A DNA stretch of 64,000 nt from Callorhinchus milii (Eukaryota), in assembly GCF_018977255.1 (NCBI RefSeq), contig NW_024704744.1, forward strand, positions 82,398,001 to 82,462,000, written 5' to 3'. This document shows positions 24,107 to 36,447 of the stretch, in pieces. Within the stretch, counting starts at the first letter, position 1. Every line of letters starts with the position of its first letter. Under the pieces are notes generated by a model. It saw only the letters and a list, made by a program, of their open reading frames with translations. It had not been told where the DNA came from and ran no database searches. The translations under genes and the position numbers were made by a program.

Positions 24107-24864
24107 CCTCTTTCTCTTGTTGGACTGTGGCCAGAGCCCTGAATTGTAACTACATAAAATGAGAATCAGAATGTGTACTTTTAATGGAAGAGGGAAAAGG
24201 TTCCATTCATTTTGACACACTTCTGTATTAAAATCAATCAACAAAATGAATTAATCCATAAACAATTCGCTTTTAACCACAGTGACAATCAGGTGGTTGA
24301 GTTGTGCAAGTAGCTGATGCTTCAATCTACATGTTGATACGCTTTGCAACACGTTAAACTGCCATGTGACAATTTGAGCTTTGGATCAGAAATATCCACT
24401 CGTGAAAGTGGCGTTCTGTCCCATTTGAATTGGGGGTTCCCACAGCACAGAATGGCATCAGCAAACACACAATCCAAATGCAGAACCTCCATAAAAAGAC
24501 AACAATTAGTTCAATAGGAGAAGAGACATTTCCTGGTAAGACTAACTGGAGTAGTGTTCTGAGCGCAAAATGACATAATTCTCATTGTGTACAGGGCATT
24601 TAGCAAATAGTGCAATATCCCCCTGCACCGCACACTAAAATTCACCAGGCAGGTTGGTTCAATGACACCTCTGGGTACATTTGATATGAGAAATGCTGAA
24701 TGCACTGCAAAATTTGCCCCATTGTTTTTGGGGGCTACCACGACATACTCTATGCATACACTTAGATATACGAGAATGAGATGAATAACATTCGTGGCTG
24801 ACAGGCTATACCTTGAAATCCTTCAAGTCAACAGACAAACTGTTTCTTTCCTGCATTTCTACGT

Positions 24865-25233
24865 TTTTTCTCTTCTCTCCTAAAAGTGTTGATTCACGCT
24901 GGAGCAGAGTTCCACCCTCTGGTAACATCACCCAAGTGGCCATTCTTCACCAGTGAGCTCAGACAGTGAGTGTCAGCATGCTATTGGACTGTGAAGGGAA
25001 GGGTGTCAAAGTCAAGCTCAAACTTGTTGTCAACCAACATGCAAAAGCCCGCACTTTTCAGCAAGATTTGATATTGTTGATAAGCAGTGACTCTTCCCAT
25101 CCTTAGCCCGAGGGACACTGACACCAATTGCTGCAGCCCCAGTGCTCTCCTGGCTGATATCGGCATAAACCAGAGATGGAGCATTCCTAGTTTGTGTGGG
25201 TCAGTTCTACATTGGACAGTGAGTTAGTTTATC
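24865..25233 (-). mobile_element. SINE-like family B, near full length
   Basis: Reverse complement similar to 10686-11045 and 19310-19490. Confidence 0.65.
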
Positions 25234-27342
25234 TTCTTCGCCATCGGAAGGGAGTAAACCAGTAAAAAATATAGAAGCACATTTTGAAGCATTTTGTATG
25301 GACTTTCATAACCTGTGGGAATAATCTATCCACAGACAAAAATATTGCTAAATGTTCCAAGAATATTTCACAATGTCTTTCCTGTAACCACAGGAACGTT
25401 GCTGCCATGTTCAGCTCCTTCAGCTTTTCTAACCATTTAAAAAGGATGCAATGAGCAGTTGGAACAGTTCCAGAACTAGATGCATTTGTATAATACATGA
25501 CATGCCCTTTAGCTGACATCATACCAGTAGATATCAAACAAGGTAAGAATCTCATTTTATATACAATTACAATGTTGAGCTGTTCACAATCTATAGCATC
25601 AACAATTTATCATCAAATGCAAGACTTGCAGTCAGATCTTCAAACTGGCCACTGCATGCATATGATCAAGTCTGAGCAGCTGGCTTTTCAGTGTTCATGA
25701 CATTAGCACAGACAACAGAATCAGTGGACTATTGAATGCAATTACAGTAAGCTAGACAGACAATAAAGATTGATAGCACCTTCTCTTTTTATCACACAGA
25801 AAACATACTGGGGGTTAAAGCTTCGCCTTGAGCTGCCTTCATTTAATAATGATTGAAAATATGCAATCACGCTGGCAGCCACTGTAGCCTGTGTCACTTC
25901 ATTTGCTGGACATTCTAACCAAATTAAATTAAAAGCACTGTGCCAAAAGCAGCAGTAATTATATATTAATGATGAATATTTACAGAGTTTCCTGTGCAGA
26001 TCATATTAAAAGCAGAGAAAGATCTATCTGACAGCTAAAATTGCTTGGCAATTCTTCTTATTCACGGAATCAAGCTTGGCCTATAAATACTATTAGACTG
26101 CAAATAAGTACCCTTTATGCTGTTTTCAAATGCAAAATATTGGTCAAAAGGTAGTGATTATACGATGTGTCAGGATAAAAACAGCATATTTTAATAGTTT
26201 GTATTTGAAACGGTTGATTTGAAAAGCCATGGGCCCAACAAATACTGGTAAAATCTTAGCAATGTTAGTCTTATAGAACCATTCTGGGATGGAAGAATAT
26301 CATGTTTATTTTCATCTCAAAGAAAGCTAATTCAAATTTCATTTATTGTTAGAATAAACAGTGAAACCTGATAAAGCTACGTCATTTAACTAGTGGAATC
26401 TGGATTAAACCCAATGGGATAAAAATCTCCTCTCTGGTGACTTTTATGAGTCCTCTGTGAAATGACTTGAGCAGTCTCAATCCATCTCCAAACAGATATC
26501 AGTCCGTTAAATGTTATTAATTTGGCAAGCTTGTTCAGGTAGATCATGTGAGAAATGGAAATATACTTATGTAAAGGCGCTCTGTCAAGGTCAGAATTGA
26601 TTCGCTTAAGAGTATTAGAGGAGCAGAATTTTAGTTGGCCTGTCCACCATATCTGACCAATGAGTCTCTCATGCATTAGGTTTGTCAATCCAACTAGATG
26701 ATCACATATTTGTACAAAAGATGACTTGAGTGAGATCACGAGAATTGGCATTCCGCAAGGAGTGACAAGTCTTTAAAGGAGATAGAATTATAATAGAGAA
26801 GGATGAAGAGCTCCATTATATTTAGAAAACAAAGGCACAAATAGGTACTTTCTTCGGAATGTATTCACTGGGACTGTTGATGTTTATGTGTAGACCAAGA
26901 AGGAATAAACCAGCAATTCCCCAATATCCAGGGAAGCAGTGTCCATTGAGAGAAGATTCCATCTTTTTAAGATTTTTAATCTGTCTTAAGATTTTCCCAT
27001 GTGTCATATTTTGAGATGTATGGTTTCAACATTGAAACTTGTCTGCAAGTACTTTTTTGCTTACTCCGCCACCGTGAAGCGTTCCGGAACTCCATTCCAC
27101 GTGAAGGGCATTATATTAATGCACGTTGTTGTCGTTGTTGCTCTAATTGAGTTGTGCGCGCTCTCTCTATCTCTCTATCGCTCTTTGGCTTAAAACACTG
27201 TCCATTTAGAATGATCACCTCCATTTTCCTCAATTTGCTTTGTTACCTCGTATTACGATCCCATTGTTGTCAAAACAACGTCGCTACATTATGCGCAGGA
27301 ACATAGTGCACAAATGCGTAGGTTTATTGCAGCTAATAGCAG

Positions 27343-27788
27343 GGATGACATGTCATAGTTGTAAGGATAAGCTCGAAAAACTGGGACTGTTTTCACTGGA
27401 AAAAGAGAGAATTTAATAGAGGTCTTAATAATTCTGAAAGGTTTTCGGAGAATAAATAGTGAAAGCTTATTCCTGTTAGATGATAAATTGATAACTTGGG
27501 GCATAACCTCAGGACAATCACTGAATGAGTTAAGGGAAAGTCAGAGAAAGCTTTTTCTACAGATAAGGTTGTTAGGACATGAATGCTCTGCCACACGTTG
27601 CTATTGAAGCTGAGACTGTAACAATATTTAAAAGGGAATTGAATAAATATTTGAAGAGGAACAATATAAAACAGTATGGGGAGGAAGAAGGGAATTAGGA
27701 TTGGAGTAGTTAGCTCCATTGCAGGAGCTGGCACCAATATAATGGGCCAAATGATCTCCTTCTGTCCTGTAATTTCCATGATTCTATA
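27343..27788 (+). mobile_element. CR1 LINE 3' end
   Basis: KDKLEKLGLFSLEK..LIEVLIILKG motif, FSTDKVVRT.NALP, tail gggccaaatgatctccttctgtcctgtaatttccatgattctat. Confidence 0.85.
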
Positions 27789-27805
27789 CAGCCAAATACG
27801 ATATT

Positions 27806-28247
27806 ATAATAATAATAATAATTCTTGTATTTAATATAGTGCTTTATCTTGTCAAAAAGTTTCAAAAGTCTTCACAGGATTTTTCTGTAAAGTGTAGTCA
27901 CTGTAATAATAATAATAATCCTTGCATTTGATATAGCACCTGATCCCATCTTCGAGACGTCTCAAAGCCCATCACAGAATATACTGTAAAGTGAATTGAC
28001 TGTGTATTTTTCGGGCAAAACTGTATTTGTTGACAATGCAGCAGCCAATTTGTGCCACAAACAGTCAAGAGATGAATATCGAATTTTAACCAGGAAACCA
28101 GGAGAAACATCTTCTCTTTGCAAACAGTGTCACTCGTTCTTTAATGTCCCCGAGAACACGGATTAAGCATCTTACCCGAAGGACAGCACCTTCGACAATG
28201 CAGTGATCCCCTTGCACTGTGCTGAAGTGTCAGCCGAGATAATGAGA
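27806..28247 (-). mobile_element. Two tandem SINE tails followed by a long Deu-domain body
   Basis: (AAT)n tails at 27806 and 27904; gaaggacagcaccttcgacaatgcag...gaagtgtcagcc Deu segment. Confidence 0.8.
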
Positions 28248-31200
28248 ACCATGTTTTATTCCATGTGCACTGGCATGGTTATCGGGGAGAAGGTATGAAA
28301 TTAAGATACGTCTAGAAGTGAGCCAAACGTGGATGCATGCAAAGTACAGCTCACTCACAACTGTAAAGAACTGTACCAGTTAAAACGTAAGATCAAAAAC
28401 GTGATGGGTGGTAGGTATTATAGCAAGTTGACCGTATTGGTGATATGAGAAGTATGGGGGCAAAATGTTATCAATATGTTATACTGTGTTCCGCCTTGCT
28501 GATTTATGGAATGGCTTGTTAAGATTACATTACAAAGAATTCCAGTATTAAATTAGATCTAATTCTCCTTCAGGTACTCCTTTGGTATTTTCCCGGCAAA
28601 GCTCTTGGCTCAGTAAAGGGAGGTTAATATTGTTGTTATATTTGGCAAGTACAATTGCTCTCCAGTATCACAGGAGTACTGATAAACTGGGTACACAACA
28701 CTGACGGAATGTGGTACAGGATACAGCATGAGTAGATAAAGTAACAGGTCAGATGAACATGTTATGAGATTATATAACACCCAGTGCAGATAGTGATGGA
28801 AAAGAATACAGTCGGGATATTTAACGACCTCAAGCAGCAGTGGATTGGGGTGAGCTGTTCAAGATTTTAACATATTTATGATAAACATTTGGAATACAGG
28901 TCTTCAGTGGAACATTTATTTAATATCAGTAAAATTCACTGAATTTCAAAAAGGGGAGAATAAAATAGTTCTGTACATTCCATTGCAAGTTCTTTACCAA
29001 TATTACTGGGCTCTCTTTGTTTTAATCCTGGGACAAGCTGCCATCAAGGCTATAACACAGCGGTGTCAGATGCACACCGGAGCTGGCTTGTGCTCTTACA
29101 GTTTGCGTTTCAGTGCAAGGTCTAAGGAAGATGATATGCCTATTGTCTTGCAAACAAAATCAAGAGGCAAGCTGGGCAAGAGAGCTACAATTCACAAAGC
29201 TCGCCCAAGCAAGCCCCATCTTTCTGAAAATAAAACTCAATTTGTGCGCTATGTTTCACCATATACAGTAAAATCATAAATAAAAAATGAAGCCTTATAT
29301 GAAGACATGGGAATCAAATATTAACAGTTTAGTGAAGATGCGAAAAAAAGGTTTATCTCCTTTCTACTTTATTATTTTTGCAGTAGTTTATCACATAGAT
29401 CTCTGCAACAATTTATTTTAATAGAACAAATGTTGTTTGCAGCAGTGCTTTGCTTATGCTCCTAATTTAGTATATGAAATTCTAACATCCTCATATTGAG
29501 TTTGTATTGTTGTTTTATGAATTCTTACATTGACTTTTGTTTTGTAACTTCCTTGTAGTTTTTTCATTATGTTGCTTTTATTTGTTGTGAATTCACCTTC
29601 CCTCTGAGGTCTTGAAACCATAAATCAGTCATTATTCCCTTATTTTGTGCTTGCTTTTGTGAATATTTCATTTCTCTTTCACGCAGCACATCTCATGACT
29701 ACAGAGGAGAGGAAAAATACTGCTACTTATTCCTTGTAACTATAGCAATAGCTGAAACTGCTATACCCATCATTTAATTTGATTCTTCTCTTACATTTGT
29801 GGAGAAATATGTTTAATGTACTGGAAATTATGTTAATAAGAAAAGGCATTATCTCATTTAATGAAATAAATAATAAGAATATTTCAAAATAAAATTAAAG
29901 AGGCAATTCCACACAGGAAATGTCCCCTATGGTTTGCGTAAAATAAACAAATGAAAACATTTAGAAAGACATTGACAATATAAAAACTAAAATTACATAT
30001 AAAGCTGCCGTCAAAACATTTGCATATTGACAGAATTGCAGCCTCCTAATCGAATCCTTTAATAACAAAGTGCATATAAAAAGCCAATAAAAGTGGAAGT
30101 ATTTATGCTCAGGTTATGCAGAAGAACTCAAATAAGCCATAAATTCACATTAAAACAAAGAAGGTTTCATTTCCTAATGGATTCAACTGCAAATGACTAG
30201 GTCATTTTTCCGATAAAATCTGTAATTGCTGTGAGTATACAAATGCTTCTCGATCTTGATTGCTTTCAATCGGAATTTAAAATATTTAATAAAATATCCA
30301 ATGGATTTTGCTCTTTGCATTGTGCTACTTATATCGATTTATTCAAAGCAATCGGTTTATGGTACATTTTAAGTACACAAACATAAGCAGCACCCAAAAT
30401 GGATCTAAATAATTACATACAGGACTAACTTAGGCAGTTCAGTGCTAGTTCCTCCTGTACTTTTAACTACTGGCGACCACTTCTTATGAAACGAGTGACG
30501 TTCCAGTTCAATAGACCAACAATTAAAAGCAGGTATAACTTACTTCCCCTACAATTCCAAATAGCCATTCCAAAGCAAGAAATTCACATTTGGTTCAGGG
30601 GGGCAAAAAAACGATAAGTATTGAACAAAAGTGAGATGACAGAGTAATTCAAACAAAGGGTTGTACAAGTTTCAGGGTGGATGGAATTTCACTTCACAAA
30701 GGTTACAATGAGAAGCTACAGCAGCAGATCTTAAGGTGGGCATCAAAGTTTTCAGGGCACAATTCGAAAAGTGTAGCAAGTTTTTCCCAATGGCCTAGGC
30801 CAGCAAACCTCCAGACAAATTGGTCAATTCAACTCAGCAACAACTTGCATTTATATAGTGCCCCTCACGCAGGCAGGTTCCCAGAGCGCTTTGTTGGAAA
30901 GCGCTCATAACTCATAGCTGTTTGTTGGAATTTGCTGTGCACAAAGATGTCCCACGGCCCTTTGCACCTTTGCACCTGAGCTGAGGGTTGGATTTAAGAA
31001 GGGTGGAGCAAATGTGAAGCAAGTGGAGCGTTACACCTGTTATTCCAGTTGAGCCGAACTGTTTAATAATTGAAGATGTACTGGAAGGTGCTTGAAAAGG
31101 ACCAGTGGTGTCAATTCAGCAAGCCAAAAAAAAAACAAGGTTAATAATATCCAGTTAAATCTCAAGCACATGAGTTGTAATTTTTTTCAACATCATGGTT

Positions 31201-32602
31201 ATGGTTTAAGACAAAAGCTTATTTTAAGATTTTCAACCATAGTGACTGCCAGCAGAAGGACTAAATAAAACGTCAGTGCCATATATTTTTTTTGCTGGTC
31301 TTGTCAATTGTCCGTGTGACAAATGGCGTGATATAACTGATCCATGCGATGATCAATCTCGCTTCACCCGAGAGGTATCCTGAAACCACTCAAATAACAT
31401 GGTGAGCAAAGTCAGAGAAAATTCTAACAAAGACTGTTAACTGGCCAGAATAATAAGAGTGGTGCAAATACAATTAAAAAGCACTCAAAATGAATGGTGT
31501 ATACTTGTTTTGCATCTACGTCGCTTAAAGATGAATGAAGTAGTTACGATTTGTTAATTTGTTGTAATGATGGGTCAATGTGAACTGAGGTCGAACATAT
31601 TTCAGCCCATTTGAATGTGAAGAATTGAATGGCCCCATACTTAGTATGTATGGCAAGTAATTTCTTTGCTTGAAGGACTTCATTCTCTCAGATGCAAGGA
31701 TGTACTGATCATTGACTGAATGAGCAACATCACTTAATGCTGCTAGGCCAATGATGACAGCTTATGATAGTCAGTATTCCTCATGTCAACAGCACAATAG
31801 CTGATACTTATACATCACTGTAATGTTACTATCACTTAGATTTGTTTCAGGTCAAATGTATTACCGATGTCATTGCTGTAGCCATTGCTATCAGTGGAAA
31901 AATGGGAATACAAATGCAATGCAGTGAAATGGAATGGCAATTTCTCCAGTGTTTGATGGCTTGTTAGATGCCTGGCTTTTGTTGAGAGTTACTGAATGTG
32001 ATGTGTACCGTGACAATTTTATCTTCTCAGAGAATGTGTGTATTTCCTCTGCAGGGAGTGGAACAAGCAGTTCTAGAACGGGCAGGCAAAGATGGCTCAA
32101 AGACTGTAACAACCAGCAGCCTTACATGAGTAACCTCCTGAACCAACATGATGTCTAGAATATCCGCGCTCTGTCGTGGGTCTGCAGTGCTGAGGCTGAC
32201 AAATCATCTTATAAATTAAGTGCCCCTCACACATCACCCATCAATTAAGCAAATACAGCTACAACTCTCCTTATGACGGATGGGTTTGAAGGCAGAAAAC
32301 TAATTCCATCTTTATTTGGCCTAAGGTCAGGGCAAATCTCCAAACATAATGAATCACAGACTGGTGACTTCACATGCTCTTCCCCTTTATCTTAACAGGG
32401 AAACCTAAGAATGATTATTCAATTGAATGTATCCTAAAAAGAGTTCAAAGTTTTTTGCAGGTGATACGAATTAAGCATTTTATGTTGAACTGCTAATGCA
32501 ACCATGTCAAGAATAATCCAGTGTCCAGAAGGATCAGAACTGAATAGCAATTCCAAAGAAAATTTTCCAACCAGAAAAGAAGTTTCTGAACCAGCCGCAA
32601 CA

Positions 32603-32765
32603 TAATAATAATCCTTGCATTTCATACTGCGCCTTACCACGTCTTCGAGACATCTCAAAGTGCTTCACAGAATATACTGTAAAGTGAATTGACTGTATAT
32701 TTTGTGGCCGAAACACGGCAGCCAATTTCGCACAGCAGCATCCCACAAAGTGTTATGGATTGAAG
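32603..32765 (-). mobile_element. SINE family A 3' half
   Basis: Tail plus ggcagccaatttcgcacagca..cccacaaa. Confidence 0.85.
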
Positions 32766-32907
32766 CCACCAATGGCCACAAGGTGATTATTGCCCTTAGA
32801 AATGTGTCTGGCAAATATTCACATGGATTTCAATGGAAAACCGTGGTGAAAACATGACGCCAAAAACAAGTGGAAGAGCAGAAGGAGTGATGCCAGCGAC
32901 GCAATAG

Positions 32908-33112
32908 AGTTGTTTCTCAGAGCACATCGAGGTCATCTTAATGGAGAGCATTGTGGAGCTTTTTGGTACAGCTGAAAGAGATGTTAGCCGTAAAACCTGG
33001 ATTGAGATATTAGGTGAGTCAGTGAGTCAGTTTGGTTGGCCCAAAAAAAAAGATTGCACCTTAGAGATGCAGAAGAAATACAATGATCTGAAAGAAAAGA
33101 AGTGGCAAGATA
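32908..33112 (+). pseudogene. Decayed Myb/SANT-like domain (PIF/Harbinger ORF1-type)
   Basis: CFSEHIEVILMESIVELFG...RKTWIEILGESVS...MQKKYNDLKEK fits the FS..E..L..V...LFG / W..I...V / KKW.DLK pattern; in-frame stop at 32905. Confidence 0.55.
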
Positions 33113-35503
33113 TAGTATGCTTTTATTCTTTTATGTAAAATGATATAAAACCTGCCATTTCAATATTTTCTGTTATTATGCACTCAACAAGTACCAATAT
33201 GATTTTGGAAGGAGCCTGTGGCATAGAAATTGAGGACAATTGTTATTAACAAGTCCACAGATAGCACTCTGTAAGGCAGCCAATTCTTTCTTGTCTTCAG
33301 TGTCTTCAGTATGTGTGGCCTGCTTATGCAATCTTCCTCTGTCATCATTTCAAAGCTTCTTTTCTTCCAGAACCCTCTCGGTTAACAGTATTTTCCCAGG
33401 ACCAAGAGGCCAATGAAGATGGTGTTATAACATGATATCATATTACATGATATAACATCATGCCTCCTCTTAGCAAAAGCCTCTGCAGTAGTTCATGCCA
33501 ACGTCCGATGCCAGAGACATTGCCAGCATGCAAGCAAAACTGCTATGTCTCCCACAGCGATAGTGATGCCAATGTCTTTGCAGTGAAGGAAGAACATGAC
33601 CTCCATAGAAATTCATCTGGACAATTGCATTATCTACTGGCATATCTGAGTAATGATCTCACCTTGGTATAAAATCATTAGCCTCTTAACCAGCAGTGCC
33701 ACCCAGTGTTACTAACAGGATTACTAACGACTTAACCAGATTGTGCGTTTTAGTAGTAACAGGATTATTGTTGGGATCTATTGTGCACCAATCTCTAACA
33801 CTAACAATCTTTTTGCCATGGTTTTGTAATTGGAAATTTCATTATAAAGCTTGTAACAAGACAACTCATCTGTATAATTGGCGTGAGATAGACCCCAGTG
33901 TTTTCGCTCCAAACCAAGTATAGACAACAGGATTACCACAGGGTTACAAGTGTCCTAAAAAGCTACATTACTCAGTGAAGTCTACAGCGTTACTAGCAGA
34001 CCAAATTCCACTTGCTGTTAGGGTTAATGGAAATACTGTGGTATATAAAACACGTGTAATATTTAATGCTATATTTAGACTAAAAATACTCTTAATATCA
34101 CATACAGTGAAAGTGCAAGTCTGATGACGTCCGGAAAAGTTGTGTACTCATTAGCAACAGCACCTCTCTTTTATTCAATCTGCAAATTCAGAGCAGCACC
34201 ACAACAATCTACTACCTAGAAACCACTCGATCCCCGCAATTGCTGGTCTCACTAAATATACATAGGTGCACAGCCATCAACCTTGGCATTTATACACCAC
34301 CACTCATTAACAAAGCCATTTGTTTTGCCTGCTCACTACAGATGCACAAACCAGCGTCACTTGGTGCGCTGTGTAAGAAATTAAGCTGACAGCATGTCAG
34401 ATGATCACGTTACCATATTATTGGATACTAAATCATGTTCATAAATAGCTATCTGTGGTGCTGTGTGTCATGAGCCATGATCTTTTTTGTTCGTTGACAG
34501 TTGAACTCCAAGAGTCCTTGACTGGATCAAGGTTGGATAATGTAATTCATGCAGTATCAGTTGATTAGTGACCATCTGAAGAGTCACTTGGTAAGCAAAT
34601 TCTGAGTGACTTTGAATAGAATATTCCAAACACCCTCACTTCCCCCAGTCTACGAATAAATGTAGGATCATAGATTATGTGAGTGCCTGAAGATTCTCTG
34701 TGGCTATGAATCAGTTCCTTCTCTATGTAGGTCACTGAAAGACATTACTAACATACTTTCCATCGTACATTCTCTGAAGTGAGAATGCATAATTAAACTT
34801 TTTTTTATTGAAGCTCTCAAATAACGTGATTTGTAGTGACCTGATTTGTTTGACATTTCCCACTGGCATTTTCACGATACATTTATCAGGTGTCTTCAAC
34901 TTTTTATTTTTCTTTGAACTTGTCTTTGTAGTTTGCTAACCTACCTCCACCCTAATCTCCAGCTGCAGTTCTAGAATGACTTCTTGAGAAGGCAGCTATT
35001 TAATTCCGTGTATCAACTTCCCACTCAGCTTAGATTCCTGAGTAAGATAGTGTAAATCACTTTACTTGTAACTAATTAGCAGGCAGTTTGGCTTAAAATT
35101 GCTTAACTAGAAAAATGAAGTTCTATTTATACTTTCAACCCCGTTGAGATCACATTCAGTTCAGATCAGAATAATCCAAACTAAGTGCGTTCCCCAAGGG
35201 TTGATACTGAAGGCTGCCTGAGTCTGTTCATACAGTGGGAGCTATTCAATTACCTGCCTAAAACACGGGTGACTTGTGACTTACAGCTGAAATCCACAGG
35301 TGATATTGCACCAGGCATTTACTCTAATCTGATAGGCACCTTACGATTTACAGGTCCATTCACTCCAAGGTGAATTTTGTTCCAAAATACATTTGGACAA
35401 TATAAGTCCCCCCTGGGCCAGCAGCTGTGATTGTACAAATATCTGCAACAAATCTGACATTCCAGCACCACTATAAACAATGTATTACCTTCCTGACTTG
35501 TTA

Positions 35504-35541
35504 TTTTGGAATAAAGAGTTTGCTTTTGGAATAAAGAGTTT
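35504..35541 (+). repeat. Local tandem duplication ttttggaataaagagttt
   Basis: Two exact copies. Confidence 0.85.
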
Positions 35542-35984
35542 CAGCAAAATTGACAGGCGCGTTTCGGCCACAAAATATCTGCACCCACAGTAGTTTGTAA
35601 TTACAGTAATACCTTTCCTCCCTCAAAACATCAGCAGTGAGAACAAAAATGTATTGTTTATAATTTCCGGGTTTTACCAGAAAGAATAATGAAGGAGTGG
35701 AGGTGACAAATAGATTAGCTACTGCTCATCATTTATTTCCAGGACATATTCATAAAACAATTCATAAGGAAAGGCCAATGAGGAAATTCTGTAAGAGGTC
35801 AGTTTCAGTATTTCTATACAGCAGTGCACTGCCTTCAGAGAAAGCAATTCCATGTTATGATGCCCTTGAGGAGGATACTATGCATCTGGTGACCAACAAC
35901 ATCACCATGTCCACGCAATGCTTTAAAAAGATGAACACAGTCAATAGTGAGCTGTCGCTGAAGATACCATAGGAAGATGTTACG

Positions 35985-36447
35985 AGGTTGGTTCAGCTGG
36001 TAGCACTCTTGTTTCTGAGTCAGAGGTTGTGGGTTCAAGCCAATGTTTGGACTCTGAGCTTATAGTCCTGGCTGACACTCCAATGCAATGTTGGGGGAGA
36101 TGTTAAATCAAGGTCCTGTCTGCCTATTCAGGTGGACATTAAAGCTCCCGTGGCATTTTTCAAAAAGAAAAGGGAGTTTCTCCCGGTGTCCTGGCCAACA
36201 ATCCCCCAGATAAAATCGGTCACTCACTGCATGGCTGTTTGTGGGAGACTGTTGTCTGCCAAGTGCTCTGAGACGCAACCATGCGTGGAGGGCGCTATAT
36301 AGGTACAAGTTGTTGTTATTGTTGTCTGCAAATTGGCTGCAACATTCGTCTACAAATACACAGTCACTATACTTTACTGTATAGCCTGTGAATTGCTTTG
36401 AGACATTTCTACAAATGTGACAAAGCACTATATAAAATGCAATAATT
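35985..36447 (+). mobile_element. SacSINE1-like Deu-domain SINE with a 60-bp L2 tail insertion
   Basis: tRNA head ggttcagctggtagcactct..tctgagtcagaggttgtgggttcaag, Deu core and tail; insert 36260-36319. Confidence 0.85.

Noticed and set aside
26386-26751. 121-aa minus-strand ORF
   Set aside because: No domain signature or splice support; length is compatible with chance
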